Below, piece by piece: positions 26,701-39,852 of a stretch of 64,000 bases of DNA (positions are counted from its first letter, which is position 1; every line of letters starts with the position of its first letter). Under the pieces are notes generated by a model, which saw only the letters and a program-made list of their open reading frames with translations, was not told where the DNA came from and did no database searches. Source of the DNA: Macrostomum hystrix (Eukaryota > Animalia > Platyhelminthes); assembly GCA_950097015.1 (NCBI GenBank), contig CATNEN010000003.1, forward strand, positions 2,976,001 through 3,040,000, in the 5' to 3' direction. The translations under genes and the position numbers were made by a program.

Positions 26701-29700
26701 ACCTGTCTACAATCATCCTCTACCTGTCTAAAATTATCCTCTACCTGTCTACAATTATCCTCTACCTGTCTAAAATTATCCTCTACCTGTCTACAATTAT
26801 ACTCTACCTGTCTAAAATTATCCTCTACCTGTCTACAATTATACTCTACCGGTCTAAAATTATCCTCTACCTGTCTACAATTATCCTCTACCTGTCTACA
26901 ATCATCCTCTACCTGTCTACAATTATACTCTACCGGTCTAAAATTATCCTCTACCTGTCTACAATCATCCTCTACCTGTCTAAAATTATCCTCTACCTGT
27001 CTACAATTATCCTCTACCTGTCTACAATTATCCTCTACCTGTCTACAATCATCCTCTACCTGTCTAAAATTATCCTCTACCTGTCTACAATTATCCTCTA
27101 CCTGTCTAAAATTATCCTCTACCTGTCTACAATTATCCTCTACCTGTCTAAAATTATCCTCTACCTGTCTACAATTATACTCTACCGGTCTAAAATTATC
27201 CTCTACCTGTCTACAATCATCCTCTACCTGTCTAAAATTATCCTCTACCTGTCTACAATCATCCTCCACCTGTCTACAATTATCCTCTACCTGTCTACAA
27301 TCATCCTCTACCTGTCTAAAATTATCCTCTACCTGTCTACAATTATCCTCTACCTGTCTAAAATTATCCTCTACCTGTCTACAATTATACTCTACCGGTC
27401 TAAAATTATCCTCCACCTGTCTAAAATTATCCTCTACCTGTCTACAATCATCCTCTACCTGTCTACAATTATCCTCTACCTGTCTACAATTATCCTCTAC
27501 CTGTCTACAATTATCCTCTACCTGTCTAAAATTATCCTCTACCTGTCTAGAATTATCCTCTACCTGTCTACAATTATCCTCTACCTGTCTACAATTATCC
27601 TCTACCTGTCTAGAATTATCCTCTTCCTTTCTACAATTATCCTCTACCTGTCTACAATTATCCTCTACCTGTCTACAATTATCCTCTACCTGTCTACAAT
27701 CATCCTCTACCTGTCTACAATCATCCTCTACCTGTCTACAATTATCCTCTACCTGTCTACAATTATCCTCTACCTGTCTACAATCATCCTCTACCTGTCT
27801 AAAATTATCCTCTACCTGTCTACAATTATACTCTACCGGTCTAAAATTATCCTCCACCTGTCTAAAATTATCCTCTACCTGTCTACAATCATCCTCTACC
27901 TGTCTACAATTATCCTCCACCTGTCTACAATTATCCTCTACCTGTCTACAATTATCCTCTACCTGTCTACAATTATCCTCTACCTGTCTACAATCATCCT
28001 CTACCTGTCTACAATTATCCTCTACCTGTCTACAATTATCCTCTACCTGTCTACAATCATCCTCTAACTGTCTAAAATTATCCTCTACCTGTCTACAATT
28101 ATCCTCTACCTGTCTAAAATTATCCTCTACCTGTCTACAATTATCCTCTACCTGTCTACAATTATCCTCTACCTGTCTACAATCATCCTCTACCTGTCTA
28201 AAATTATCCTCTACCTGTCTACAATTATCCTCTACCTGTCTACAATTATACTCTACCGGTCTAAAATTATCCTCCACCTGTCTACAATTATCCTCTACCT
28301 GTCTACAATTATCCTCTACCTGTCTACAATCATCCTCTACCTGTCTACAATTATCCTCTACCTGTCTACAATTATCCTCTACCTGTCTACAATCATCCTC
28401 TACCGGTCTAAAATTATCCTCTACCTGTCTAAAATTATCCTCTACCTGTCTAAAATTATCCTCTACCTGTCTACAATTATACTCTACCGGTCTAAAATTA
28501 TCCTCCACCTGTCTACAATTATCCTCTACCTGTCTAAAATTATCCTCCACCTGTCTACAATTATCCTCTACCTGTCTAAAATTATCCTCTACCTGTCTAC
28601 AATTATCCTCTACCTGTCTAGAATTATCCTCTTCCTTTCTACAATTATCCTCTACCTGTCTAAAATTATCCTCTACCTGTCTACAATTATACTCTACCGG
28701 TCTAAAATTATCCTCTACCTGTCTACAATCATCCTCTACCTGTCTACAATTATCCTCTACCTGTCTAAAATTATCCTCTACCTGTCTACAATTATACTCT
28801 ACCTGTCTAAAATTATCCTCTACCTGTCTACAATTATACTCTACCGGTCTAAAATTATCCTCTACCTGTCTACAATTATCCTCTACCTGTCTACAATTAT
28901 CCTCTACCTGTCTACAATTATCCTCTACCTGTCTACAATCATCCTCTACCTGTCTAAAATTATCCTCTACCTGTCTACAATCATCCTCTACCTGTCTAAA
29001 ATTATCCTCTACCTGTCTACAATTATCCTCTACCTGTCTAAAATTATCCTCTACCTGTCTACAATTATACTCTACCGGTCTAAAATTATCCTCCACCTGT
29101 CTAAAATTATCCTCTACCTGTCTACATTCATCCTCTACCTGTCTACAATTATCCTCTACCTGTCTAGAATTATCCTCTACCTGTCTACAATTATCCTCTA
29201 CCTGTCTACAATTATCCTCTACCTGTCTAGAATTATCCTCTTCCTTTCTACAATTATCCTCTACCTGTCTACAATTATCCTCTACCTGTCTACAATTATC
29301 CTCTACCTGTCTACAATCATCCTCTACCTGTCTACAATTATCCTCTACCTGTCTACAATCATCCTCTACCTGTCTAAAATTATCCTCTACCTGTCTACAA
29401 TTATACTCTACCGGTCTAAAATTATCCTCCACCTGTCTAAAATTATCATCTACCTGTCTACAATCATCCTCTACCTGTCTACAATTATCCTCTACCTGTC
29501 TACAATTATCCTCCACCTGTCTACAATTATCCTCTACCTGTCTACAATTATCCTCCACCTGTCTAAAATTATCCTCTACCTGTCTACAATTATCCTCTAC
29601 CTGTCTACAATTATCCTCTACCTGTCTACAATTATCCTCTACCTGTCTACAATTATCCTCTACCTGTCTACAATCATCCTCTACCTGTCTACAATTATCC

Positions 29701-32700
29701 TCTACCTGTCTACAATTATCCTCTACCTGTCTAAAATTATCCTCTACCTGTCTACAATCATCCTCTACCTGTCTAAAATTATCCTCTACCTGTCTACAAT
29801 TATCCTCTACCTGTCTAAAATTATCCTCCACCTGTCTAAAATTATCCTCTACCTGTCTACAATCATCCTCTACCTGTCTACAATTATCCTCTACCTGTCT
29901 ACAATTATCCTCTACCTGTCTACAATTATCCTCTACCTGTCTAAAATTATCCTCTACCTGTCTAGAATTATCCTCTACCTGTCTACAATTATCCTCTACC
30001 TGTCTACAATTATCCTCTACCTGTCTAGAATTATCCTCTTCCTTTCTACAATTATCCTCTACCTGTCTACAATTATCCTCTACCTGTCTACAATTATCCT
30101 CTACCTGTCTACAATCATCCTCTACCTGTCTACAATTATCCTCTACCTGTCTACAATTATCCTCTACCTGTCTAAAATTATCCTCTACCTGTCTAGAATT
30201 ATCCTCTACCTGTCTACAATTATCCTCTACCTGTCTACAATTATCCTCTACCTGTCTACAATTATCCTCTACCTGTCTACAATTATCCTCTACCTGTCTA
30301 CAATTATCCTCTACCTGTCTACAATTATCCTCTTCCTGTCTACAATTATCCTCTTACTGTCTACAATTATCCTCTACCTGTCTACAATTATACTCTACCT
30401 GTCTACAATTATCCTCTACCTGTCTAGAATTATCCTCTTCCTTTCTACAATTATCCTCTACCTGTCTACAATTATCCTCTACCTGTCTACAATCATCCTC
30501 TACCTGTCTACAATTATCCTCTACCTGTCTACAATTATCCTCTACCTGTCTAAAATTATCCTCTACCTGTCTAGAATTATCCTCTACCTGTCTACAATTA
30601 TCCTCTACCTGTCTACAATTATCCTCTACCTGTCTAGAATTATCCTCTTCCTTTCTACAATTATCCTCTACCTGTCTACAATCATCCTCTACCTGTCTAC
30701 AATTATCCTCTACCTGTCTACAATTATCCTCTACCTGTCTAAAATTATCCTCTACCTGTCTAGAATTATCCTCTACCTGTCTACAATTATCCTCTACCTG
30801 TCTACAATTATCCTCTACCTGTCTAGAATTATCCTCTTCCTTTCTACAATTATCCTCTACCTGTCTACAATTATCCTCTACCTGTCTACAATTATCCTCT
30901 ACCTGTCTACAATTATCCTCTACCTGTCTACAATTATCCTCTACCTGTCTACAATCATCCTCTACCTGTCTACAATTATCCTCTACCTGTCTACAATTAT
31001 CCTCTACCTTTCTACAATTATCCTCTACCTGTCTACAATTATCCTCTACCTGTCTACAATTATCCTCTACCTGTCTACAATTATCCTCTACCTGTCTACA
31101 ATTATCCTCTACCTGTCTACAATTATCCTCTACCTGTCTAGAATTATCCTCTTCCTTTCTACAATTATCCTCTACCTGTCTACAATTATCCTCTACCTGT
31201 CTACAATTATCCTCTACCTGTCTACAATTATCCTCTACCTGTCTACAATCATCCTCTACCTGTCTACAATTATCCTCTACCTGTCTACAATTATCCTCTA
31301 CCTTTCTACAATTATCCTCTACCTGTCTACAATTATCCTCTACCTGTCTACAATTATCCTCTACCTGTCTACAATTATCCTCCACCTGTCTACAATTATC
31401 CTCTACCTGTCTAAAATTATCCTCTACCTGTCTACAATTATCCTCCACCTGTCTACAATTATCCTCTACCTGTCTAAAATTATCCTCTACCTGTCTACAA
31501 TTATCCTCTACCTGTCTAGAATTATCCTCTTCCTTTCTACAATTATCCTCTACCTGTCTAAAATTATCCTCTACCTGTCTACAATTATACTCTACCGGTC
31601 TAAAATTATCCTCCACCTGTCTAAAATTATCCTCTACCTGTCTACAATCATCCTCTACCTGTCTACAATTATCCTCTACCTGTCTACAATTATCCTCTAC
31701 CTGTCTAGAATTATCCTCTTCCTTTCTACAATTATCCTCTACCTGTCTACAATTATCCTCTACCTGTCTACAATTATCCTCTACCTGTCTACAATCATCC
31801 TCTACCTGTCTACAATTATCCTCTACCTGTCTACAATTATCCTCTACCTGTCTACAATCATCCTCTACCTGTCTAAAATTATCCTCTACCTGTCTACAAT
31901 TATACTCTACCGGTCTAAAATTATCCTCCACCTGTCTAAAATTATCCTCTACCTGTCTACAATCATCCTCTACCTGTCTACAATTATCCTCCACCTGTCT
32001 ACAATTATCCTCTACCTGTCTACAATTATCCTCTACCTGTCTACAATTATCCTCTACCTGTCTACAATCATCCTCTACCTGTCTACAATTATCCTCTACC
32101 TGTCTACAATTATCCTCTACCTGTCTACAATCATCCTCTAACTGTCTAAAATTATCCTCCACCTGTCTACAATTATCCTCTACCTGTCTACAATTATCCT
32201 CTACCTGTCTACAATCATCCTCTACCTGTCTAAAATTATCCTCTACCTGTCTACAATTATACTCTACCGGTCTAAAATTATCCTCCACCTGTCTACAATT
32301 ATCCTCTACCTGTCTACAATTATCCTCTACCTGTCTACAATCATCCTCTACCTGTCTACAATTATCCTCTACCTGTCTACAATTATCCTCTACCTGTCTA
32401 CAATCATCCTCTACCGGTCTAAAATTATCCTCTACCTGTCTAAAATTATCCTCTACCTGTCTAAAATTATCCTCTACCTGTCTACAATTATACTCTACCG
32501 GTCTAAAATTATCCTCCACCTGTCTACAATTATCCTCTACCTGTCTAAAATTATCCTCTACCTGTCTACAATTATCCTCTACCTGTCTAAAATTATCCTC
32601 TACCTGTCTACAATTATCCTCTACCTGTCTAGAATTATCCTCTTCCTTTCTACAATTATCCTCTACCTGTCTAAAATTATCCTCTACCTGTCTACAATTA

Positions 32701-35700
32701 TACTCTACCGGTCTAAAATTATCCTCTACCTGTCTACAATCATCCTCTACCTGTCTAAAATTATCCTCTACCTGTCTACAATTATCCTCTACCTGTCTAA
32801 AATTATCCTCTACCTGTCTACAATTATACTCTACCTGTCTAAAATTATCCTCTACCTGTCTACAATTATACTCTACCGGTCTAAAATTATCCTCTACCTG
32901 TCTACAATTATCCTCTACCTGTCTACAATCATCCTCTACCTGTCTACAATTATACTCTACCGGTCTAAAATTATCCTCTACCTGTCTACAATCATCCTCT
33001 ACCTGTCTAAAATTATCCTCTACCTGTCTACAATTATCCTCTACCTGTCTACAATTATCCTCTACCTGTCTACAATCATCCTCTACCTGTCTAAAATTAT
33101 CCTCTACCTGTCTACAATTATCCTCTACCTGTCTAAAATTATCCTCTACCTGTCTACAATTATCCTCTACCTGTCTAAAATTATCCTCTACCTGTCTACA
33201 ATTATACTCTACCGGTCTAAAATTATCCTCTACCTGTCTACAATCATCCTCTACCTGTCTAAAATTATCCTCTACCTGTCTACAATCATCCTCCACCTGT
33301 CTACAATTATCCTCTACCTGTCTACAATCATCCTCTACCTGTCTAAAATTATCCTCTACCTGTCTACAATTATCCTCTACCTGTCTAAAATTATCCTCTA
33401 CCTGTCTACAATTATACTCTACCGGTCTAAAATTATCCTCCACCTGTCTAAAATTATCCTCTACCTGTCTACAATCATCCTCTACCTGTCTACAATTATC
33501 CTCTACCTGTCTACAATTATCCTCTACCTGTCTACAATTATCCTCTACCTGTCTAAAATTATCCTCTACCTGTCTAGAATTATCCTCTACCTGTCTACAA
33601 TTATCCTCTACCTGTCTACAATTATCCTCTACCTGTCTAGAATTATCCTCTTCCTTTCTACAATTATCCTCTACCTGTCTACAATTATCCTCTACCTGTC
33701 TACAATTATCCTCTACCTGTCTACAATCATCCTCTACCTGTCTACAATTATCCTCTACCTGTCTACAATCATCCTCTACCTGTCTAAAATTATCCTCTAC
33801 CTGTCTACAATTATACTCTACCGGTCTAAAATTATCCTCCACCTGTCTAAAATTATCCTCTACCTGTCTACAATCATCCTCTACCTGTCTACAATTATCC
33901 TCTACCTGTCTACAATCATCCTCTACCTGTCTACAATTATCCTCTACCTGTCTACAATTATCCTCTACCTGTCTACAATCATCCTCTACCTGTCTACAAT
34001 TATCCTCTACCTGTCTACAATTATCCTCTACCTGTCTACAATCATCCTCTACCTGTCTAAAATTATCCTCTACCTGTCTACAATTATCCTCTACCTGTCT
34101 AAAATTATCCTCTACCGGTCTAAAATTATCCTCCACCTGTCTAAAATTATCCTCTACCTGTCTACAATCATCCTCTACCTGTCTACAATTATCCTCTACC
34201 TGTCTACAATTATCCTCTACCTGTCTACAATTATCCTCTACCTGTCTACAATTATCCTCTACCTGTCTACAATCATCCTCTACCTGTCTACAATTATCCT
34301 CTACCTGTCTACAATTATCCTCTACCTGTCTACAATTATCCTCTACCTGTCTAAAATTATCCTCTACCTGTCTACAATTATCCTCTACCTGTCTAAAATT
34401 ATCCTCTACCTGTCTACAATTATCCTCTACCTGTCTACAATTATCCTCTTCCTGTCTACAATTATCCTCTTCCTGTCTACAATTATCCTCTTCCTGTCTA
34501 CAATTATCCTCTACCTGTCTACAATTATCCTCTTCCTGTCTACAATTATCCTCTTCCTGTCTACAATTATCCTCTTCCTGTCTACAATTATCCTCTACCT
34601 GTCTACAATTATCCTCTTCCTGTCTACAATTATCCTCTACCTGTCTACAATTATCCTCTTCCTGTCTACAATTATCCTCTACCTGTCTACAATTATCCTC
34701 TACCTGTCTAAAATTATCCTCTACCTGTCTAGAATTATCCTCTACCTGTCTACAATTATCCTCTACCTGTCTACAATTATCCTCTACCTGTCTACAATTA
34801 TCCTCTACCTGTCTACAATTATCCTCTACCTGTCTACAATTATCCTCTACCTGTCTACAATTATCCTCTACCTGTCTACAATTATCCTCTTCCTGTCTAC
34901 AATTATCCTCTTACTGTCTACAATTATCCTCTACCTGTCTACAATTATCCTCCACCTGTCTACAATTATCCTCTACCTGTCTACAATTATCCTCTACCTG
35001 TCTACAATTATCCTCTACCTGTCTACAATTATCCTCTTCTACTATTTTTCTGCACCTTTAATCTAACAATCGTCTATCTATCTAGAATTATAACCAACTG
35101 TTAATGATTTTCATTTACCAGTCTACTATTATCCTCTATTATCCTCATCTACTTCTCCACGATTATCCCCAACCTGTCTCTACCCCAGTATCTAAGAACT
35201 CACCGAACAATAATCGACTCAAATGCTTTCTCATCAGCGTCCTAGACTGTCCGGTTAGCACGGCCGAAGTGAACAGGATGTAGAAAGCCAGACTGACAAA
35301 TGTCCAGGCCCAGCCCCATTTTATGAAGGCCAGATTCCAGAAGCTGCGCCTATTGGCCAGAAAGAATCTCGGTATCGGCACCAGGTCGAACACGACGCTT
35401 AGGGCTGCTACAGCGCACAGGTAGACACAGGCCCGCACCTGTGCATCATAGGTTTGGGGCTGTGCAGTTTCAACTGACCTAATTAACTATTCTTCCGAAA
35501 TTTCTGTCCTCTTAATCACTACCGTCGCCATCGCTCTCTCCACCCTCATTGTCACCCTCAAGTCCCCCTCTCTATCACCCTCAAGTCACCCTCTCTACCC
35601 TCTCAACTCTCGCGATCACTCACTCTACCCTCGCTACCACTGTTTCTTCCTTCAAAATCACTATTTTCCTTATAAATCAAACTCTCTTCCCTAGAAATCC

Positions 35701-36081
35701 CTCTCCTTTCTCTAAATCAAACTCTCTACTTTCGCCGTCACTCACTTTTTCTTCCCTCGTTATTCACTCTCTCCTCACAACGACTCTAAGTATCCAAATC
35801 TCCCCTCGTCGTCAATCTAAAAAAAACAAAGCAACAGCATCGCCAACCTCGGGGGGCACCAGCAGTGGCCGGCGCATCAGCTGATACAGACAAATGCCGA
35901 AGAAGCCATGCACAGACATTGGCTCCGGAATCGACTTTTTAGTAGTACTTGAGCTCGAAGATGTCGCTGGCCCTCCGACAGACGCAGCTGAGCCCACTGA
36001 TTCGCCACCGCCTCCTGAGTTCATGGAAAGGCGCTGCTTGCTGAATTTGTGGACGGCTGACTCACCCGGATCTCGGCGCAT
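14718..36081 (-). CDS. FITM2: Fat storage-inducing transmembrane protein / acyl-CoA diphosphatase FIT2, ~344 aa; complement(join(14718..15283,35204..35438,35848..36081))
   Basis: N.AFIKWGWAWT, RLLFG|TFGWY, GFDISGHVFLL...EE and YFH motifs; junctions GAG|GT..CAG|GTG (phase 0) and G|GTGAG..ACAG|GC (phase 1) keep frame; start ATG (36081 vs 36024) uncertain. Confidence 0.9.
15355..35040. repeat. ~19.7-kb 21-bp satellite (CTACCTGTCTACAATTATCCT)n filling FITM2 intron 2, with higher-order structure
   Basis: About 935 monomers with a small set of recurrent variants. Confidence 0.98.
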
Positions 36082-36283
36082 TGCTTTTAACAACTGCTGC
36101 AATTTTTTTTTCGAACGATGCTGTCTTATAAACGCTACCGACTAGAATTTAGCTACTAATTTAGATTTTCAAAGCGCTTATTTCATATTCTTAGAAAGCA
36201 AAGTTAGAACTAAGTAGATCAGTACAATAAAGACAATGCAAGACAACTTATTAAATTATACGTTTTTCTATACATATCGGCTA

Positions 36284-36658
36284 AGTGCGGTCGGTGGCAG
36301 AGCGGTTATCGCGTTTGCCTTTCACACAGAGGTCCCAAGTTCGATTCCGCGGTGAGGTCACAGTAAATTTGGGTGTAGCCGCGGAGAGAAGGCTTGAGGG
36401 CTTGTCGTGCAATTTACACCCTAGAGGGCCAACCTCCAAGGCACAGTGAGAGTGTACACTGCCTGACGATGAGAAAGTCAGGGCAGATGTACACACCTGT
36501 GTGAGCGTATGCCTGCGTACAGTATCTGTGTGCGTCTGTGCTCAGGAGTCAGCAGAATCGAAATGGGCAGAATTGCCTCCTCGCTGGCTGCGGGTCTAGT
36601 GTCACCAAATGATGCGCCATTGCCCGCAGCCCTCCTGCAATTATTATTATTTTTTTAT
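36284..36658 (+). mobile_element. Full-length tRNA-derived SINE, family A
   Basis: Pol III A box (GGTGGCAGAGCGG) and B box (GTTCGATTCC), (ATT)n tail, 15-bp TSD TATACATATCGGCTA (36269) / TATACATAACGGCTA (36659) with one mismatch; second copy at ~505. Confidence 0.85.
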
Positions 36659-37469
36659 TATACATAACGGCTAGTTCATTGTAACAGCATCAGTGAAGAT
36701 TAATTGAACGATGTTATACTGAAATGGCTATTCATTGACAATGTATTCTGAAGAAAAATTCTACCTATTTGCAGCAAAATTGACAACATGAGAAAATAAT
36801 TCACTCCAATATTTCTCCAATAAATTAGTAAGTCGTCTATTTGACAAATTGATTAACAATAGCAACAGTTATGACGGAATGGAACAATAAAATACAATTT
36901 AAAGTTAAATAGATAATAAAAGACAGTTTTTACTCTCAGTTAAACAACTAGTGTTCTTCACAAATACAGAATAACATATTTAAAGAAAAATTAAACCTGA
37001 GAACTACAAAGCTACTAATAGTAGACAATTACAGAACTCAAAAGCTAACTCAATTTGCGAGGCAGAAAACCATTTGCACTTGATTTAGCAAACATGAAGG
37101 AACGAAGCAATGTTTTTGGTAGCCGGATTCAACTACAATGTAGCCCTAGAAGGATTTATACTATTCGTTTCAACATTTCCGCTTTATTTTTTGAAGAACT
37201 CAAAACTTATTTTTACAAATTGAACCAAATGCATCTTTTACGAGTACTTTGCTTGGGGAGAAAGTAAGAGACGGGACAGTTCATTGCAAAAGAATTTCAG
37301 GAAGTTAGTTTTTAAAAATATGCCAGCGTTAGGATCAATGACTAGCCTATATGTTTCGAAAAATCTGTAATTAAATTATATATTTTAACGCTTAGATCTG
37401 TTTAAAATAACAACCCGAATAGATGCAAAGTTACATCTAACCCTTGTACGATGCATCTTTGATTTTAAA

Positions 37470-37580
37470 AGGCTGTGCATAGCTGTTCAGCCCATGGACT
37501 TGAGGCTACCACATCTTTAAATGTGCATAGATTCGAACCCCCGACGTCTTGGTTTAGGAGGCCGAAGCTCCAATAAGGGA
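37470..37580 (-). mobile_element. Internally deleted SINE family B copy just 3' of FAM241B
   Basis: Minus strand has B box GGTTCGAATC followed by AGTCCATGGGCTGAACAGCT, shared with 63778 and 13011. Confidence 0.55.
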
Positions 37581-37619
37581 GGATTTCTGACGGCGTGTCT
37601 TTAGAGTCTTCAATCAATT

Positions 37620-38132
37620 TTAATGTCGACCTAAAACTCGACCAGACCCAACTCCTCCGGCGCCGCCAGAACCTCCTGGCCCACTAGAACGTCTAGAATC
37701 ACCGGGAGTCACTCGGCCGCCGCCACCACCGCTGCCGCCACCAGCGCCGCCACCAACGCCGCTATAGTGCACCACAGCAAACAGCACTGCAGCAAATAGC
37801 AGGCCTTTCAGGCCGAACATCAGCACGGCCAATAAGCAGCCGACTAGGGCCAGTGGCTCCAGCACCGCGCCCTGCCATAGGGTGACCCGCGGCAGACCGG
37901 CGTCAAGAAGGCGCTGATTCAGCATCTGGAAGATGCTCACTCCGCCACCACCGCCGCCACCGAACCCCATCGTTGGCGACTCTTGCCGATCTTCGTCGCG
38001 TGTCACACCGCCAAATTGTCGACGACTGCTGCCGGCGGATGGCGCTGAGGCTCCAGCAGCTCCGGTAGCAAAACGACGCGCTCTTGGATCATCGTCTGGT
38101 ACAATTTCACCGCTGGGCAGAATTCGCACCAT
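37620..38132 (-). CDS. FAM241B: FAM241B-like (DUF4605) small membrane protein, 170 aa, single coding exon
   Basis: MVRILPSGEIVPDDDPR N-terminus (cf. MVRILANGEIVQDDDPR), LNQRL...G.P..., EP followed by hydrophobic FG.KGLL segment. Confidence 0.85.
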   Translation of the reverse strand: MVRILPSGEIVPDDDPRARRFATGAAGASAPSAGSSRRQFGGVTRDEDRQESPTMGFGGGGGGGVSIFQMLNQRLLDAGLPRVTLWQGAVLEPLALVGCLLAVLMFGLKGLLFAAVLFAVVHYSGVGGGAGGGSGGGGGRVTPGDSRRSSGPGGSGGAGGVGSGRVLGRH

Positions 38133-38189
38133 GACTGATCTGGCATTGGTTGATTGCAGGCGATGATTCGCGCCGAATGTAAAAAATTA

Positions 38190-38525
38190 CTACCTTATCT
38201 GAGTGCCTATTGGTTGGTCCCTAACCCTTATCTGGGTGCTTATTGGTTAGTGCTTAACCCTAGTCTACGTGCTTATTGGTTGGTCATTTACCCTAGTCTG
38301 CGTGCTTATTGGTTGGTCCTTTACCCTAGTCTGTGTGCTTATTGGTTGGTCCTTTACCCTAGTCTGCGTACTTATTGGTTGGTCCTTTACCCTAGTCTGC
38401 GTGCTTATTGGTTGGTCCTTTACCCTAGTCTGTGTGCTTATTGGTTGGTCCTTTACCCTAGTCTGCGTACTTATTGGTTGGTCCTTTACCCTAGTCTGCG
38501 TGCTTATTGGTTGGTCCTTTACCTT
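38190..38525. repeat. 33-bp minisatellite (GTGCTTATTGGTTGGTCCTTTACCCTAGTCTGC)n upstream of FAM241B
   Basis: About 10 copies. Confidence 0.95.
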
Positions 38526-39196
38526 TATCTTTGAATTTATTGCTTTGCCCTTAACCATCATTAACCGCCTTTATTAGTAAGAAAAAAGTTACGAAGAAAT
38601 GATTTAATTATAGGATACACAAGTAATGAAGCTTGTGATATATTTAGTTCAATTGAGACATTAAAAGGATTAAACCAAAGCAGTATGTTGATCCATAAAA
38701 CCTATGCTAGGCATGATAAATCAAGTTTATAGTCGTAGGTATACGCGCAAAATCATAGAATTACTCTTAATGACATAATGAAAAAACAACGCTTTCGTTT
38801 ATTCTAATATCTACTGTGAGTAACGTGATCTGAAAAAATTACTGAAAACGCACAACTAACAACATGAAAAATTGGTTAATTGATAATACACTAATCTCAC
38901 AGTATCTCACAGAATTAATCAAGATAAACAAAATCAATAAGTGAAATTGAGGCTCTCAAAATGTCTATCACAAGAGACCTTAATTAATTAATTGAATATG
39001 GAATCAAACAACATGAACAACAAAATAATGGTCTCAAAAAAGGTTGCGGTTAGAACTATTTATTGCTCAAATTTCAACTATTGTTGATTGCATAATTATT
39101 ATAATTAGGTGAAATCACAGAGGAGGTTATAGTCTAGGTCTTATAAAGTCTACAATTAGAGTTAATTTTATCAACCGCCTCAGTGCGGCCTTGCCA

Positions 39197-39648
39197 GACC
39201 TTCAAACTCATATTCAGGACCTTCAAACTCATATTCAGGACCTTCAAACTCATATTCAGGACCTTCAAACTCATATTCAGGACCTTCAAACTCATATTCA
39301 GGACCTTCAAACTCATATTCAGGACCTTCAAACTCATATTCAGGACCTTCAAACTCATATTCAGGACCTTCAAACTCATATTCAGGACCTTCAAACTCAT
39401 ATTCAGGACCTTCAAACTCATATTCAGGACCTTCAAACTCATATTCAGGACCTTCAAACTCATATTCAGGACCTTCAAACTCATATTCAGGACCTTCAAA
39501 CTCATATTCAGGACCTTCAAACTCATATTCAGGACCTTCAAACTCATATTCAGGACCTTCAAACTCATATTCAGGACCGTCAAACTCATATTCAGGACCT
39601 TCAAACTCATATTCAGGACCTTCAAACTCATATTCAGGACTTTCAAGG
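39197..39648. repeat. 21-bp near-perfect minisatellite (GGACCTTCAAACTCATATTCA)n 3' of the myotubularin stop
   Basis: About 21 copies, almost invariant. Confidence 0.97.
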
Positions 39649-39852
39649 ACTACAACAGGTGGAACTAGGCCACGATGGACACTCTGACGCGAATTTCTCC
39701 AATCCACAGTACACCATCGCCTGGTCTGTCAACCAATCAATCAGTCACCACCGAACGCTGTTAGCATTCGGGCGCTGCCAAAAATGTTACTCTAAACCCT
39801 GGAACTCCCTTGGTATAAAAAAGTGCGGCAAAATGGCTTGGTAGTCCTACTG

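Noticed and set aside
15406-34136. Giant minus-strand ORFs (up to 3178 aa) of RQVEDNC heptads, superficially a coiled-coil protein
   Set aside because: No ATG (GTG starts), lies inside a FITM2 intron, variants are mostly non-synonymous, and a 21-bp stop-free unit yields long ORFs automatically (only ~4 of 63 single substitutions create a stop). Ribo-seq or peptides would be needed to reconsider.
36284-36360. tRNA genes at 36284, 37530, 60490 and 63610
   Set aside because: A/B boxes present but no closed acceptor stem; followed by SINE bodies, tails or TSD
36455-36490. Hammerhead-like CTGACGA...GAAA...GTC in the SINE
   Set aside because: No room for stems II or III; better explained as a simple hairpin
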